Positions 24,127 through 37,761 of a DNA stretch of 64,000 nucleotides are shown piece after piece. The notes under the pieces were generated by a model. The model saw only the letters and a list, made by a program, of their open reading frames with translations, was not told the DNA's origin and made no database searches. This DNA is from Massalongia carnosa (Eukaryota). The stretch lies in contig OZ287068.1 of NCBI GenBank assembly GCA_965645245.1, positions 2,480,001 through 2,544,000 of the forward strand. Reading direction: 5' to 3'. The first letter of the stretch is position 1. Each line of letters begins with the position of its first letter. Position numbers and translations under genes: made by a program.

Positions 24127-25800
24127 ATGGCAACTCCCACCTCTTTCAACTCTCCCACCTCTTTCAACTCTCCCGCCTCTTTCAACTCTCCCACCTCTTT
24201 CAACTCTCCCGCCTCTTTCAACTCTCCCGCCTCTTTCAACTCTCCCACCTCTTTCAACTCTCCCACCTCTTTCAACTCTCCCACCTCTTTCAACTCTCCC
24301 ACCTCTTTCAACTCTCCCACCTCTTCAACGTCCTCCACTTTCTCCATCTTATCCACCTCTTCTTTCTCTTTTATCGAACCCGTCTAGAATAACTTTATCT
24401 CGGTTTACAAGAGCTGTGCTATTGATATGTACTATAAATCATCTCCTAAATAATAATAAATAAGACAGATTGGTAAAGGAAGCTTAAAGCAATTTTACTT
24501 ATTGTTATATATTGGTGAATCGTTTTACTACAATAAAGTTTGACGTTACCTTTCACATCTCTCTGAAGAAGTTGTCACTTATAAGTTCTTCAAGTCCTAG
24601 CAAGAATATCTGCAACACAATAGCCACTTCCAAGAAACGAATTGAGTTAAGTTTGAATGGGTCGACGAGAGTATTATAGCTCATATACCCGTCAAATTTA
24701 TGGAGAAAGATGAAGTAATGCGTAAAAATTTCGAGGAATGGTAGTGTATGGAAGAGACAGGTCTTTCATCTGTAGTTTATTTGAAACTCTTAGTTTATCA
24801 TTAGCTAAGTCTTCTTTTCAAGCAATAGTTGCCGGCCGGGTCGCTGAATCCGCAGGATGTGTTTGACATCTTTCATCTATATTATCAAGAGGACATAACC
24901 AGAGTACGAATTCGGGGAGAAAGAGATGTTTGCCGTTCCTTCGGAATTAGTTAAGTGGGAAACTGGGCCTCAAATCGATCTTTATATTGATGCAGTTACA
25001 ATACTTAGAAACCAGCTTCGTGAAACATTGAAGTGTTTCTGGGAAAACGTGTACCCCGAACGAAGCACTTACCCGATTTTTTATAAACCTTGTTATCTTT
25101 AACTATATTTTAGAGAAGAGACTGTTAATTCAAACAGCTAAAACAGAGGCATCTTTTATCCCCTCCTCTTCAACTTCGCCATCGCCTATCAAGATCAATT
25201 TCTCGACTGTCAATCCCCCTTTCTTAGAAAAACTTTTCTTAAAACTAAGCTTAATCAGGTCACTACGTTAAAAGGGAAAACTCATATATTATGCGGTATT
25301 GTCGACTACTCGCTTGAATATAGGCATGATGGCACCGAATCTAGAAATCTTGTTGTTGTTAAAGCGAAGATGAGATTCCAAATGTACAAAGCATATGGGC
25401 ACTTACTCTCCTACATGGGTTTGTGATGATCAAAATATTTAATTTTTATACTTCTATATAAGGGTAGGCATGATCCACAGGTCCGGAAAACCGAGGGAAA
25501 AGACAATACAACTATTTCTCGAGTTGCGACAGATGGCTTTCATTGCCATTTTTGAAGGATTGATAACAGCAAAGCCAATGAACTTTATATTTATCACTCT
25601 TACTTGAACAAGCTGAAAGAAAGCATAAATTTCATCAAGAAGCGTTTACGATTAGTCAAGAAATTCCCACACGCTGCACATTTCTACAAATTTTCGAGTT
25701 ATTATTCATGCAGCCATTTTGTTAAGCACTACCACATCATCCGTGAAAGGGCAGGATTCTATGGCGAGCTTTCAGGATGTTGATCATCTGAAACTTTGAT
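24127..25800 (+). pseudogene. Decayed gene with a PD-(D/E)XK/restriction-endonuclease-like C-terminal domain
   Basis: Remnants near 25290-25570 read LCGIVDYSLEY...NLVVVKAK...YGHLLSYMG / MIHR...ATDGFHCHF*RIDNS, resembling the fungal 'VVEAK...GQLLAYM...ATDG..F.F.RI' family. Many stops and frameshifts; boundaries approximate. Confidence 0.5.
24131..24326 (+). repeat. 18-bp minisatellite, ~11 units (CAACTCTCCC[A/G]CCTCTTT)
   Basis: Directly visible. Essentially one variable position; encodes (SFNSPT/A)n after ATG 24127. Confidence 0.97.
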
Positions 25801-26719
25801 TTTGGAGCGATCTCAAGATGGCAAGAGCTTCCCGCTCATGGGGACGACTCCAACGTTGAATTTATGGATATTTCTAAGAGATTAATTAAAACCTAAAGTT
25901 TAGGAAATTGACATCCATCCACGCTTTCCCCATTCTTAATGGCTGCTGTACGCACGCTATAGGCCAGACTGCGAATAACATGCCACCGCTTAAATTCATC
26001 CGCGCGTACCTAGTTTTGGAGCAAATACATGTGGTTTTCAAGCGGCCACTATGGGTATGCCCAGCCCTTATCCACACCACGTCTTCTAATCGTCCGGCTC
26101 GCAAATTGAAGCCTTTACACCAGATCAAAACCGCAAAGAAATCTCGATAGTCGTGCCAGCTACTACTCCCTCTCTACCACTTTCACTCTACTTTGCATTT
26201 CCTCCGTCGTTCAAATCTAGTCCGGAGTCTATGCACTCAAATTAATTCATCCAGGATGAAGGTGGATGTGGAGGTATCGGAGTACAGAGAGGTGGATGAA
26301 GGTAAAGGTAGGAAGAGGTAGAGGTGGAAGGTGATGGATCTATTGTTGTTGCTATATGATCTGGGTACATGATAGCCGCTGAAGACTACACGTCTGTAAA
26401 AGACACTCGCGGAAATACTTTTAAAGCAACGCAATCCTGTCTGAAATAGATGTATCGTCGCCTTTCATATATTTACGATAGGAATGCGGATTTCGGGTTC
26501 TTTCCCACTGTAAACCTAATTCCATAGGCTATGATGTATCGGATATGACTTTGTATGAGTCTTTGAACTTATGAATGCGCTTTAGTTCATCATTTTACTG
26601 TTGAGTACTTTGATTCCTTTCCAATACGCACTGTTGTTGTCTTTTTATCACGAGGTCTTGATGACTCTCAAAATACTAATATGTATTCCATGTGTACAGC
26701 GCACTTTATGCATGGATTG

Positions 26720-28562
26720 TCAGCTCAATTCAAGATTGAACGTCACACAGGAGTTGGTGGCGGGGACATTTTCTTTAACTGCCCCTTGAACAACGCCAAC
26801 TCCGGGTGGTCTTGAATGAATGATTGAGCCTTCCAATGGGCCTATGGAACTAGAATTCTCCCCGCTGATACGTTGCTCGGGTTGTCGTATATCCCTCTGG
26901 TGTAGCGATGGTTCGACATGCAAAGTACGCCCTGGAATGATCAACGAGCCAGGCTCGATCCTTGCTTCAGACTCTACTGTGCTTGACAGTGTCTGCGGCA
27001 GACGGTATCCTAGTTTTCCAACAGGTACGCTTAATCCATGTACAACCTACGTCGATCAATCAGCGAATTTTTATGGTAAACTGGTTCGAGTAAAGATACT
27101 TACCACGCTGCATATTGCGAGAAACCAGATCACAACCGTCATGACATCTATCAGCCTGGAAGCATCCTGCCGAATCACCCCATCCACAGTTATCTGTTTC
27201 AGAAAATCGACACTTATATAGAGATAGAAGACGGCACTGACGCCTATCGGACCAAAGAATCCGACAAATAGAGCCTGCCGCTTCTCTTCGATTTGTTTGA
27301 TCTTCGAATGTAACGCATAAATGACGGGTAATCGGCGGAAAAGAAGGATGAGAATGCCAAGGGGAATAAGACGATAAATTGGAATGACGTCGTTATGAAT
27401 GAAGAGCGCCCATGGGCAGACGGCTCCAAACCACATAAAAATGGAAAGATTGAGGAGCATATCGATTGTGGGTTGTAATGAGTCGTCCAAGGTAGCCAAA
27501 CGAAACCAATCACTTCAGCCGGGATTAGCTGAAATCTGTTCCAATCTGAGAATCAGTACACACTCTATCGTGAACACATTCCCAGCAACGAAACAGGCCA
27601 ACACATCGTCACTACCAATCATACCACAAGTGCCAACGATAAAAAGCTGACGATCAGGCGATTAGCACGATTTATATTAACCACTGAGTGAATACTCACG
27701 GCTAAAGCAATAGAAAATACAAGAAAACTTTCGCGATCCACGAATCTATTTTCTTCAGCTCGATGAAGAAGTTCTTTTGCAATCCATCCGACTATAGCAC
27801 CAAATATAACACTTAGTAGCACTGTATAGCCTAAGGTCTCTCCGACCCAATAACCCATGGCTTCCTTAGCGCCGCCTGCCTGAACAGATCCGTCAGGATT
27901 AATGTATTTGATTAAATAAAGGGCCAAGAACAAGTACGGGTACCCCAAACCGTCGTTAGCACCAGACTCTGCAATTATTATCTTTTGCAGAGCTTTTGGG
28001 ATATTTTTATCAGCAAATTTGCCCTTCACAATTGAGTTCGAGAGTACCGGATCCGTTGGAGTCACGCAAGCACCTACTGCCAAGGAATGGAGGAAGCTTA
28101 TTTTTGGGACCATGCCCCACACAATAAGAGTGCTGCAAATCCACATAGCTGTCATACCAGGCCCCAGCAAAAGGGCGAGGCTCTTCCATTCGCGGTGCAA
28201 ATACTTGCTTGGTAGCTGTACGCCAGCTAGAACTAACTGCACGCCTAGGACGAGACGCGTGAAGTATAAGGTGATGATGTTGAGGTTCTCTTGAGATCCG
28301 CCAGCATAGTGCAGTGGCTTAACTAGATTTGCAGCGTGAGGAGAGAAAGCAATTCCCGCCAGTAATGAGATCACTATGTGACAGAATTAGATTTTGAAGT
28401 GGTATACGAACTAAGTCGTTCAGTATCATGCGTTAGGAACATACAGGCTTCCGAAAGATATAGACGTTCCTTGAAAAGATACGAGACAAGACCAAATAGC
28501 GTTATGAAACCTCCCAGTGTAGCACATACAAGGTTAAAATCATTGACCGCGAGTGTTGGCAT
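26720..28562 (-). CDS. Na+(K+)/H+ antiporter, CPA1 (Nha1/Sod2-like), 4 exons
   Basis: GLVSYLFKERLYLSEA, VTPTDPVLSNSIVKGKFA, AESGANDG, GSDDVLACF, LFRRLP, GFFGPIGV and VVHGLS. Confidence 0.93.
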
Positions 28563-29224
28563 TTCCGAATTCACAGCCAAAGTGATAGCCACACGCCTGC
28601 ATATGTTTCTTAGCACAGGCTGAATTTTCAATTATTAAGCCGAAAGGAGGGCTCCAAGTTGCCACAGCGGTCATACGACTAGAGTGCGTGAAGAAATCAT
28701 GAAGCCTCGGATCGTGGTGCATAAAGACGATATCTTGCCTGACATTTGACAAAGTTGTAGGACGAGGCTGAAAGTTAACGTTATCTTATCGGAAATGTTC
28801 AGATAAAGAAATTTCGTAACGACTAAGATCATCGGCAACTCGAGGGCCGAACGCCGATAACTACGGAAATGTCCCGTGATGCCCTAGCTGCATCGGCATC
28901 TCAACCCGTCACTTTCCTTGCGTAAAACATGTAAAGAAGACATTAATACAAAATGCGTACAACTCTCCGATGATATCATGGATTTTTTGCAAACTCAGTC
29001 AATTGCTAAGGAAGCGACGTCACAGTAATAATATAAAAAAATGAAACAGAGACCTTAGATGAGCAAGGGCATTGATAAGTTTAGCTCGTTCATCTGGAAT
29101 ATGATCAACATAAACTGCTTTTCCCACAAGCCTGGTAAGTAACATTACCAAGATAGCTTCAAGCACGCAAAGTACGATACAAGTGTTCGGCAACTCATAA
29201 GGATTAGGAGAGGGAGGGTAATGC

Positions 29225-30554
29225 CTATTGAACCCCTTTTCTTGCCCCATTAACTGCGAGCTTGTCGGCTTCGACGTTTCCAGGATGATTGGCATGGCCT
29301 TTGATCCACTCGAAAGCGGTTTGTACGCCTAATGAGTTTCGTTCTTCGATCTTAGCTAGAATGCTCTCCACTAAGTCCTTGTTCTCAACCGCTTTTCCAG
29401 CGGACGTCTTCCACCCATTCCTGCGCCAATTGATATGCCACACGGTGACGCAGTCAATTGCATACCGGCTATCAGTGATAATGCTCACATCTCGATTTCT
29501 AGGGACAACTTCTAATGCGCGCGAGATTGCTGTGAGTTCAGCTCGTTGATTGGTTTGTCGTGGCCCGGGCAGGGTCTCAGATATATTCCTGCATATCAGA
29601 ATATAAATCGCGGTTAACCCATCCAGGTCGTCTATCAGGGCTTACCTCTCGTCGCCAGGCCCAAAATAGACTCCAATACCTGCGAAAGCCCCAGCAGTAC
29701 CATTACCGGGAGCGCTGCCATCAGTATGTATTCGTAGCATGTCATTCTGGGCCCTCCATCCTTCTTGAAACTTTGTAGCATTCCGCTGTTGTTGTGTCTT
29801 GTAAAAAACCTGTCCTGTCCCAGGATCCAAGAGTATATTAGGATCAAATCCATCATCGGCTTCAAGTGGAAGCGGCCCGGTGCCTGCCCCGTAGTCGGCT
29901 TCATTATATTCCACAACCACTTGCTTCGAGCCCCTGGCAGCACTAATGGCGCCTCTCTTTGCTTTCTTTGCGGGCGTGAGCTTTGAAGACAGTCTGTCGA
30001 TTCCCTCGAATGCAAAGCCCGCAACTGAATTTTCTGCGCTCGCTGGAGCTGACGGTGAGGCATCCATCGCTTTTTGCTCGTCCTCGTCTAGGAACCTTTG
30101 GGCTTCATCGCGGGTTGCAAAACATTTGTGCCTTGGCTTCGTCCAACCGGTGATCTGATCCTGAGCTGAGGGCCAATCGGTGTATATCCCGGGGATTCTC
30201 CCATTCTTAACGGCATAGAACTTGGAGGAAGGCGACGAAATAGAGCCACCATCTTGGGACGGGTTCTCTCCAGCAAGAAAGCGCTCGGCATCTGTCAAGG
30301 TGGGGAAAGATTTGTCTAGAGCGCTAACATCAGCGATAGAAAACATGGTAGCGACACATTATCGAGCTTAGCATACATGTAGCCTTCTTGAACCCTTTGA
30401 CTTGCTCCAGACAATCAGCCCAAGAATGATAGACTCCAGGAACATATCCAACGCGAACAGCATAGAACTTATCAGCTCCTCGCTTTCTCTTTGTGCCAGA
30501 GGATACTGTGGTTCCTGTTGGAGAGGCTGACTTTACAGAGATCGTGTCATCCAT
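29225..30554 (-). CDS. RNH1: Ribonuclease H1 (two N-terminal hybrid-binding domains plus catalytic domain), 3 exons
   Basis: KFYAVRVG and KFYAVKNGRIPGIY repeats; HTDGSA, TNQRAEL, ITDSRY, WIKGH and GNVEADKLA. Confidence 0.95.
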
Positions 30555-31667
30555 GGCAGCAGCGGTTACACAAGCTTTATCAATTTCGTCTCATGGTTGT
30601 GCTCAGCCGGAGAAGGCTAAGGTTCCAATGTTATACAACACTAGTGTCTGTAAGCTTAAAGATTGGTATGTAGGCACGTATGCACGATATCTCGATACTC
30701 CGTAATCTACCTCACCTACCTAACTACAAGGCTAATCTTCGTACTAACATGGATTTAGAGAAGAAACAACACGGTTCCTTTGTACGTAGGCAGTGATCTT
30801 TAAAAAAGGTACATATTAATATTTACGTTTTTAATATATAAGCTTTCTCTCTACGCATATTTAAATACAGTACTACTTCCCATCCTTTATGTTCGAGCAA
30901 CCACAAGCCCTTTGGAACACTAATTCTTATTGTAGAATTTAACTACTCGTTGAGCAGGATCTAAATATATCACCCATTATGATGCATTTGAAGTTCACAA
31001 TCCCCAGTCGTCATGGTTGGTAGTACACTTAGACCGATGGATATCGCAGGGCTTTCATTCCAGTTTGACAAAGGTACAAAACCACATGCAGTTGAAAGGA
31101 ATTTGTAACGAGTAATTCTGAAATCCTGTTCAATGCCTTGCTATTCTCCAAATACAGAGATAAATAGTTCTTTACCAAGATTTCTGCGGAATGCAAGTTA
31201 TTTTTAAAGCTCTTGCGGGCTGAAAGACGACGACTTGGCCGAAAAACCTTTGACTAGCCTTTTGGTTCTCTAAGCATACGGCCTGACAATATCTCTTGGC
31301 TTGGCAAGCCCACGATATACAGCATTTCGCTCATGGGAGGAACCCCTTTCTCAATGCAGCTAATTCGTTTGTGTGGGTGATGAGCAGTGGCCTCTAGTTA
31401 TCTTGGAATGGACCTTGATTCTTTTGGGTAAAAGAAACTGGGAGCTTACGTAGACTTCTAGAAATCCCACGCTGGCAATTATCTCATATGCGGTGAGAAG
31501 AGTCTGGCATATCGCATGTTTTCTAATATATACATTTTGGATTGTATCCAGAAAACAAAAACACTGGTAAGCTCAACTACTCGTTCTAATAAGACATGTA
31601 AAATAACAACCTGGATGCGTTCTGCCCCAACGATTGAACATCAGAAAGAGATGGAAAAACTTTGATT

Positions 31668-34250
31668 TCAGTTGACACTATTGGTCGTTTCCCGTCGCAG
31701 ATGGTACTCCGGTACATGATCAAACCAATCAGTCTTCTTGTTGTAGCGGTATGCTTTGAAGTCCACCCCATATGGTTTCTGATTAATTTGTCATACATGA
31801 GTGTTGATCACCAGTTGGATTTATGGGTAGGCGCTTACCGGTTCGAGCATGTACAGCATACCAAGGGGAACATCCAGCTCTGCCACTTCCTCACGTTTAA
31901 GTCCCTTGAAATAGGCTAAGAGCACCCTTGCCACTGAACGATGCCCAACAAGGAGGACGTGATCCGTCATTCTCTCAACCTCGACAATGACGGCGCGCAG
32001 ACGGTTAATAATGTCCAAGTAGCCTTCACCACCAGCCCCAGGATAGCGGTAATGCAGTTTATCTTGTTTCCGAAGTTCATATTCGCCCAGATATTTAGTC
32101 TTGATTTCTTCGTACGTCAGTCCTTCCATAGTTCCTGCGTTGAGTTCGTCAAGCATTTTCATCTGTTTTATGTCAAATTCATCCTCGTCAAAATACTGCG
32201 CTGTTTGGACACTTCGCTTAAGCATGCTGGTCCACACACAGAAGCTTTTCGTCTCATCACCGCCTTTATCATTGCCATGGGCAGAATACTCGGGATTAGG
32301 GGGTGTTGTGTCACCTGGAAGCGGAGGAAAATGAGTTGACATGGCCTTGTCTCGTTGACGAATATCCCATGCTTTGCGCTCGTGGTTGATAAATCTTGTT
32401 AAAGCCTTTGCGTATAGGTGGCCCATTTTGCTAAGTTCTGAGTCTCCCCCAATCTTTCCATTCACATTGTCAAATGATTCTCCATGTCGCGTTATCCATA
32501 TTTGTCTTGGCGACAGGTTAAAGTTCAGGAGGTAGTAGACAGTCTGAGCAGAAAGGAAGCCTCTAATCTGATGAGAAACAATTTTTCGACCGACGTCAAT
32601 CATCTTTAATGTTGGTTAACGTATATACTACCATTAGTTACTTGTATAGGCTAAGAGTACATACCTGGACATACGGCATGTTATTTTGTTCCTCATATTC
32701 ACCAAGAGGTACATATTTCTGCTGATAAAGGGCAACGCGCTTTTTGAAGTCGTCTAAAGCCGCAATAGGATCTTGGTCTTTGTAGTCCGGACCGGAAAGT
32801 TTCAGGCGCATGTTTGACTCGAGCAGCTATTTAACGTCAGAACTAAACTCGTTGCTAAGGCGGAACATATCAAAACAAACATTTTCGTCAATGCAAAGAG
32901 ACTCTAGGAATAGCACTCCAAGCTCGTGACCCGCCCTTTCTCGGATTTTTTCCATGATTAGTTTCCGCCTTTCGAGGGTGCTGTTCGTTGCGTCGAAAAT
33001 GCCTACAGATCCACCATCTTCAAGTATGTAGTCTAACAACTCGTCTAATGTGGCCATGGCGACATCTTCACGTATCTGAGCAGCTTTAGTATTGTTAGGA
33101 TCAAAGAAATGAGCAGACTGATCCAATGAATCTGTACCAGAGGGATCATCAACAGCCGATGGGAAAGTTTGGTTCTCTATTTTGCCATTTAAATGGGTTG
33201 AAGCGTTCGAACGACTGATCAGAGTGGAAGGGCGAGGATGCGAATCTACCATCTCCAATGCACCCAGTTTCGGTGAAGGGAGCATTTCGTACAACACAGA
33301 CTCCGGTGCTGGCTCGTCATTGATGAGGATTTTTGTAGGTGCTGAATGAAGGTTTGTGTAACCGTTGTGGTCCAGGATAGTTCTCAGTGAAGCATTCAAC
33401 ACGGCTGGCTGCTCAAAATAGTTGTTTTGCTTCCCACCTGATGGGTTCCCTATATGGGGAGAAAGGCATGTAGCACCAGCAACAACCCGTCGCCTTTCGC
33501 CAACATTGAAAATCCGGGTGTCATGTTGAAGCCAGTTGAGGTACCGCGTAATTTTCTTGGTGATATAACTCTTTCCACGGGCGGGTAAGCCTACCATGAC
33601 AATTACCAGCTTCGACCCAACATCGCGTTGGGCAATGCGTCCATCAGGAGACACCTTCGACTTGGTGAGACCAGGGATATCAAGTGTCGTCGGGCGACTT
33701 CGAGACGAAGGATATGAACCCGAATCCTGGCGACGTGGTGGGCTATTAAAAAATTAGCTTAGGAACTTGCGTAAGGAAACGACCAAAAGAAATCAAACGC
33801 ATCAAAGAACAAGAATATAGATAACTTTAAGTTGGATTTATGGAATGCAGAAGGGCAGGCAGACTGTAAGTCCTTGGCTAACATTGGACAACGTTACATA
33901 TAGATGCGATAGACTTACATTCTGGGGCTGCTGGGAGCTGTAGATGCCGGCGTGTCAGTCAAGGCCGCGCCATGCCCATTGTTATGCTTGTGCGCTTGTT
34001 GAGGGGGTAAGAGACTGGCTTCTGGAGCTCTGGTTGGAACTGAATTGCTATCTCGTATTTCTACCCCTGTACGAGATCCTTGAGAGTCTTCATTAGAAGG
34101 TGCTACTCTGTGGCTTAAAATGGCCTTCTTTGCCATCATCGAATGTTGACTCTGAAAATGTGTATGACGAAGAAACTGCAAACTGTGAAGTAGAGGAACT
34201 CGCTTTGTTAGATTCGATGTGTCGAATCGCTCATCTCCTAGTAGTGGCAT
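31668..34250 (-). CDS. 6-phosphofructo-2-kinase/fructose-2,6-bisphosphatase (Pfk26-like), ~5 exons
   Basis: VMVGLPARGKSY P-loop, IFDATNST, NMRLKLSGPDY, ITRHGES and LDELNAG. Last exon ends ...RRETTNSVN*. Start uncertain. Confidence 0.93.
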
Positions 34251-36556
34251 TTTGATTGTGGTATATGAGCCAGTGTTGCGAGCGTAGAGAAGTGCTGAAG
34301 TGGTCTAAGTTTGGAGTCCTTAGAATGGTCAGAAGCTGGGGACGAGCGGGTATATAATGAGACATTATCAAGTCTCTTCACATGCAAAGGCATGAAGCCT
34401 TAAGGGCAATGTAAGGTGAACACATGTAAAAGCTGGGATGGAAGGATAAAACGCCTTCAAATCAACACTCTGTGGCTTTGACGTATGACGCACCGACCGG
34501 TTGTGGCGGTAGCAGAGAGCTTTTAGGTGTTTTGATCATGTCTTAATTGGCTTAGATCCTAAGCTTCTAGAGCTAGAACGTTATGGGGTTTGGTGCTAAC
34601 CCCTTCTTACTCAATTCCATCGGAACCGAATGGTCTCATACATAGCTTCTGGATTGTGGTTTCCAGTCTATCTTCTATCTTCCTATTGAGAACTGTTTTC
34701 TTCTGCTCACAAATGCTCGTTTTTTTATTACTGTATGGTTACATCTGCAGGGCAGAGCCAGATTACGGTACTCCATACCTCACTTTGTACTACTTAGTAA
34801 TGTTACGCAAACCTCCCTCAAGGTAATTAGCCAATAATTGAAGCAGTATTCAGCACGATTTGCTATTAGAAATGGAACAATAATCCTGCATTAGGCAACC
34901 ACTGCAGCGCAAAACATTCTCACGGAGGCCGAAGAAGACAATCTTCTCAGCTTTTCCGTTGCAACAAGCCCGCTTCGTGAGACCTTTTCAGAGTACTCAG
35001 TATTGGCTAAGTACTCATGGAATCTGTATATACATTTCGTGATGCCGCTCCCCGGCCGTCAGGTTCACAATTTCAACGTCAAACCCAATAAACACCCATA
35101 CGCTGCCACGGATAATGCAGTTAGTACAACGACGACATTGCCACTCGTTCTGAATCTCTTCTGGCTCAGCCCGTCCTCTCCAATCTCAGAAAAAAACTGT
35201 TTATTTCCTTGCTGCCTTCGAAGTAGACTGGTAAGGAGGATTCCAGTACCGTAAAGGGCAAACAGGGCCCCAATGCTATAGAACTCGGAGGTGAAGATTT
35301 TCAGGATTACCTAATAACAACATGCGTATTAATAGACTGAATTCTTAACTTCCTTTCCCTTTGTTTTTCGCATCGCTCGTGAATGAGTGAACCCTCATGA
35401 CAAGGCGACCAATCTGTACTTCAGTGGGTGGAATTTACCAGAGCAAAAGAGAACTGTCCAAGAGCTGTTCGAATGTAGGCACCTTCGAAGGTCCTTTGTG
35501 CAGCTCGGATCTCGACCAGCTCGTTAGTGGTTAGTATCACTGACCGAGCTCTATGGTCGCGAAGGTGATATCTGTCCTGAGGGTGGGGCTACGTAAGGTG
35601 AGCAAAGTCTTTCGCGAACGATGAGATTGGTGGATGAAGATATTAGTACCTCAAACATGACATGTAACGATATATGGAGCTTTTCTACGATTCCAATACT
35701 GGCAAATGAGACAACCTATAGACCACGTCTATACAAATCTTGGTACAGATTGGAGACATTGAAAAAAAGTCAAAATAAACCCCACTAAGGGACCGAAGCG
35801 AAGGATCATGCAAGGTAGGGTACGTAGGGCCGGAAAATAGTTCTCGCGTGCAAATGCCAAAAACATTCTTGAAACCAATTTACGAAGTTTAACGAAGAAT
35901 GGAGATCTCTAATGCGAGAAAGCCGTTAGAAAACTAGAAAGCATTATGATCCCTATTCTCTCGTTTTCTAAAAGTCCCCAAACGCTAAGATTTTATAAAG
36001 GCAAATAAAGCTGAGTGATGAACCTTACATGGACTTGAGAATGATTTAGGGGACCTAGTACGAGCCTCCCGGACGGGGGGCATTAGATTCTGCTATATGT
36101 TAATAGCTCTGAAAAGAACGCCATGGAGTACGATAACATACACCTTCTCGGCATTCTAGAGGGGAACCTGCTTCTAGAGGTTAAGCGGCAATGTTGACTC
36201 GAAAACTTTAGCTAGAGTAGTTATAATCGAAGTCTTGAAGATAGACACAAACCTTGAGAGTTCGCATGTTTCGGATACGATGAAAAGGGTACAAGAGAAA
36301 AATTTCCGACTAATTAACCAGTCCATTATGGGTAGCAATTGTAAGTGAATGCAGCTGATGTATTTCATTAGAGTAAGTCTATTTTTCGGCATCAGGGCGG
36401 TTAGGATAGGACTTCTTGCTTTATTGGGCTCAGCTGACAAAGCATTTTTAATAAGATGAGATGGTTCTATGTCACGTGAGGCCCCTGAGTCAAAGTAAAT
36501 TAAGAATCACCCTCTGAAAATTCTTTCCTCATCCACTTCTTCTCACTCGGCCTCAT

Positions 36557-36695
36557 CCATCTCACTGACTCGTCGTCGACCCCACGTTGTCTCGGTGCCC
36601 CTACCTCGCTGTCAGTGCTTGCTGCTTTTCCCATCTCACTGACTCGTCGTCGACCTCACGTTGTCCTCGGTGCCCCTACCTCGCTGTCGGTGCTT
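36557..36695 (+). repeat. Two ~65-bp direct repeats (period 74) in the element's 5' leader
   Basis: CCATCTCACTGACTCGTCGTCGACC...CTCGGTGCCCCTACCTCGCTGTC(A/G)GTGCTT at 36557-36620 and 36631-36695; 3 differences. Confidence 0.95.
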
Positions 36696-36702
36696 TTTCC
36701 CA

Positions 36703-37716
36703 ATGACGAACACCCGTTCCCAAAGCACCCCGATGGACGACATAGTCCCCGACTCCCAGGAGATTGTCGGATTGACGCAGGCCCAGTCCAATCAAATCTT
36801 CGCCCTACAAAAGAAGAAAGCCGAGGCAGAAGCGAAGGCGGCCGAGGCTGAGGCCAGAATTGCCGAGTCCAAGGCATTGGTCGCCGAGAAGGAGGTGGAA
36901 AAAATGCAGCTAGAAATCGACTGCATGCGCCGAGAATCTGACGCCCGAATAGCGGCCGTCATTCCTGCTGGCAAGCCGAGTCGTGTCGTCGGCGATGACG
37001 ACGAGGACCTAGGTGAGATCCCTCTCGAAGTAAGAAGTATAGCACCCCGTTTCGCGGGCCTACCACAGGACGAGATCATCAAGATCTTTTCAAATAAATT
37101 CAAAGCCATCAACCTCTCCCGCCTCCGACACATGCACGGCATGCAATACGAGTCCTACAAGGATCAGGACCGCATCGGCATCGAAGACGGCGCCTTGAGG
37201 TTGAGAAAGGCATCCGGGACCTACAAAGATTTCGGAAAGACAGTTCATGACGTCTGGACCGAGAGCTTCATCAACTACACCTCGATCATGGTCAGTCTTT
37301 TCGGGAAATCGAGTCAACAGCTTCACGCCACCATGTCGGCATTCCACGGAAAAATCCTCACGCTGGCCAAGGTGTACGAGTGGCAGGAAGCAGTCCTCCC
37401 CCTCGCCATCGAAACCCACACTCACATCATCGCGTCTCAGCCATCCGACGCATCCCAATGGAAAATGCCCGACGAATTCCAAGCTCGATTCTGCACCCCC
37501 CTCACAGTCCTACGCCGTCGCCGCTCACGATCCCCGCCGTCCCGGCGACCGACCCCGAGAGGAGACAGGGCCGATAGGGCCGAGAAGGCAGCGGGGGAAA
37601 TCTGCGACAAGTACAACAGCGGCACCTGCACCTGGCCGTCGTGCTACCGACAGCACAAATGTAAATCGTGCGGCGCGGCTGGGCATGGCCAGAAGACATG
37701 CCCAACGAAGAAATAG
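36703..37716 (+). CDS. gag: ORF1/Gag-like protein of the YR retrotransposon
   Basis: First ATG at 36703. N-terminal coiled coil (KAEAEAKAAEAEARIAE), Arg/Ser tract, and CDKYNSGTCTWPSCYRQH + CKSCGAAGHGQKTC zinc fingers. Confidence 0.9.
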   Translation: MTNTRSQSTPMDDIVPDSQEIVGLTQAQSNQIFALQKKKAEAEAKAAEAEARIAESKALVAEKEVEKMQLEIDCMRRESDARIAAVIPAGKPSRVVGDDDEDLGEIPLEVRSIAPRFAGLPQDEIIKIFSNKFKAINLSRLRHMHGMQYESYKDQDRIGIEDGALRLRKASGTYKDFGKTVHDVWTESFINYTSIMVSLFGKSSQQLHATMSAFHGKILTLAKVYEWQEAVLPLAIETHTHIIASQPSDASQWKMPDEFQARFCTPLTVLRRRRSRSPPSRRPTPRGDRADRAEKAAGEICDKYNSGTCTWPSCYRQHKCKSCGAAGHGQKTCPTKK

Positions 37717-37761
37717 GGGGTTGGTGCAGGAGGCAGTAGAATAGCTTCAATAGCTGAATTC

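Noticed and set aside
24054..24392. ORFs (LFQLSH)n and (EVGELK)n, and CRISPR-like periodicity
   Set aside because: These are by-products of a stop-free 18-bp minisatellite. There are no unique spacers, and the context is eukaryotic.
35519..35560. CTCGTTAGTGGTTAGTATC, resembling a tRNA D-arm
   Set aside because: No T-arm (GTTCRA), anticodon stem or acceptor stem follows.
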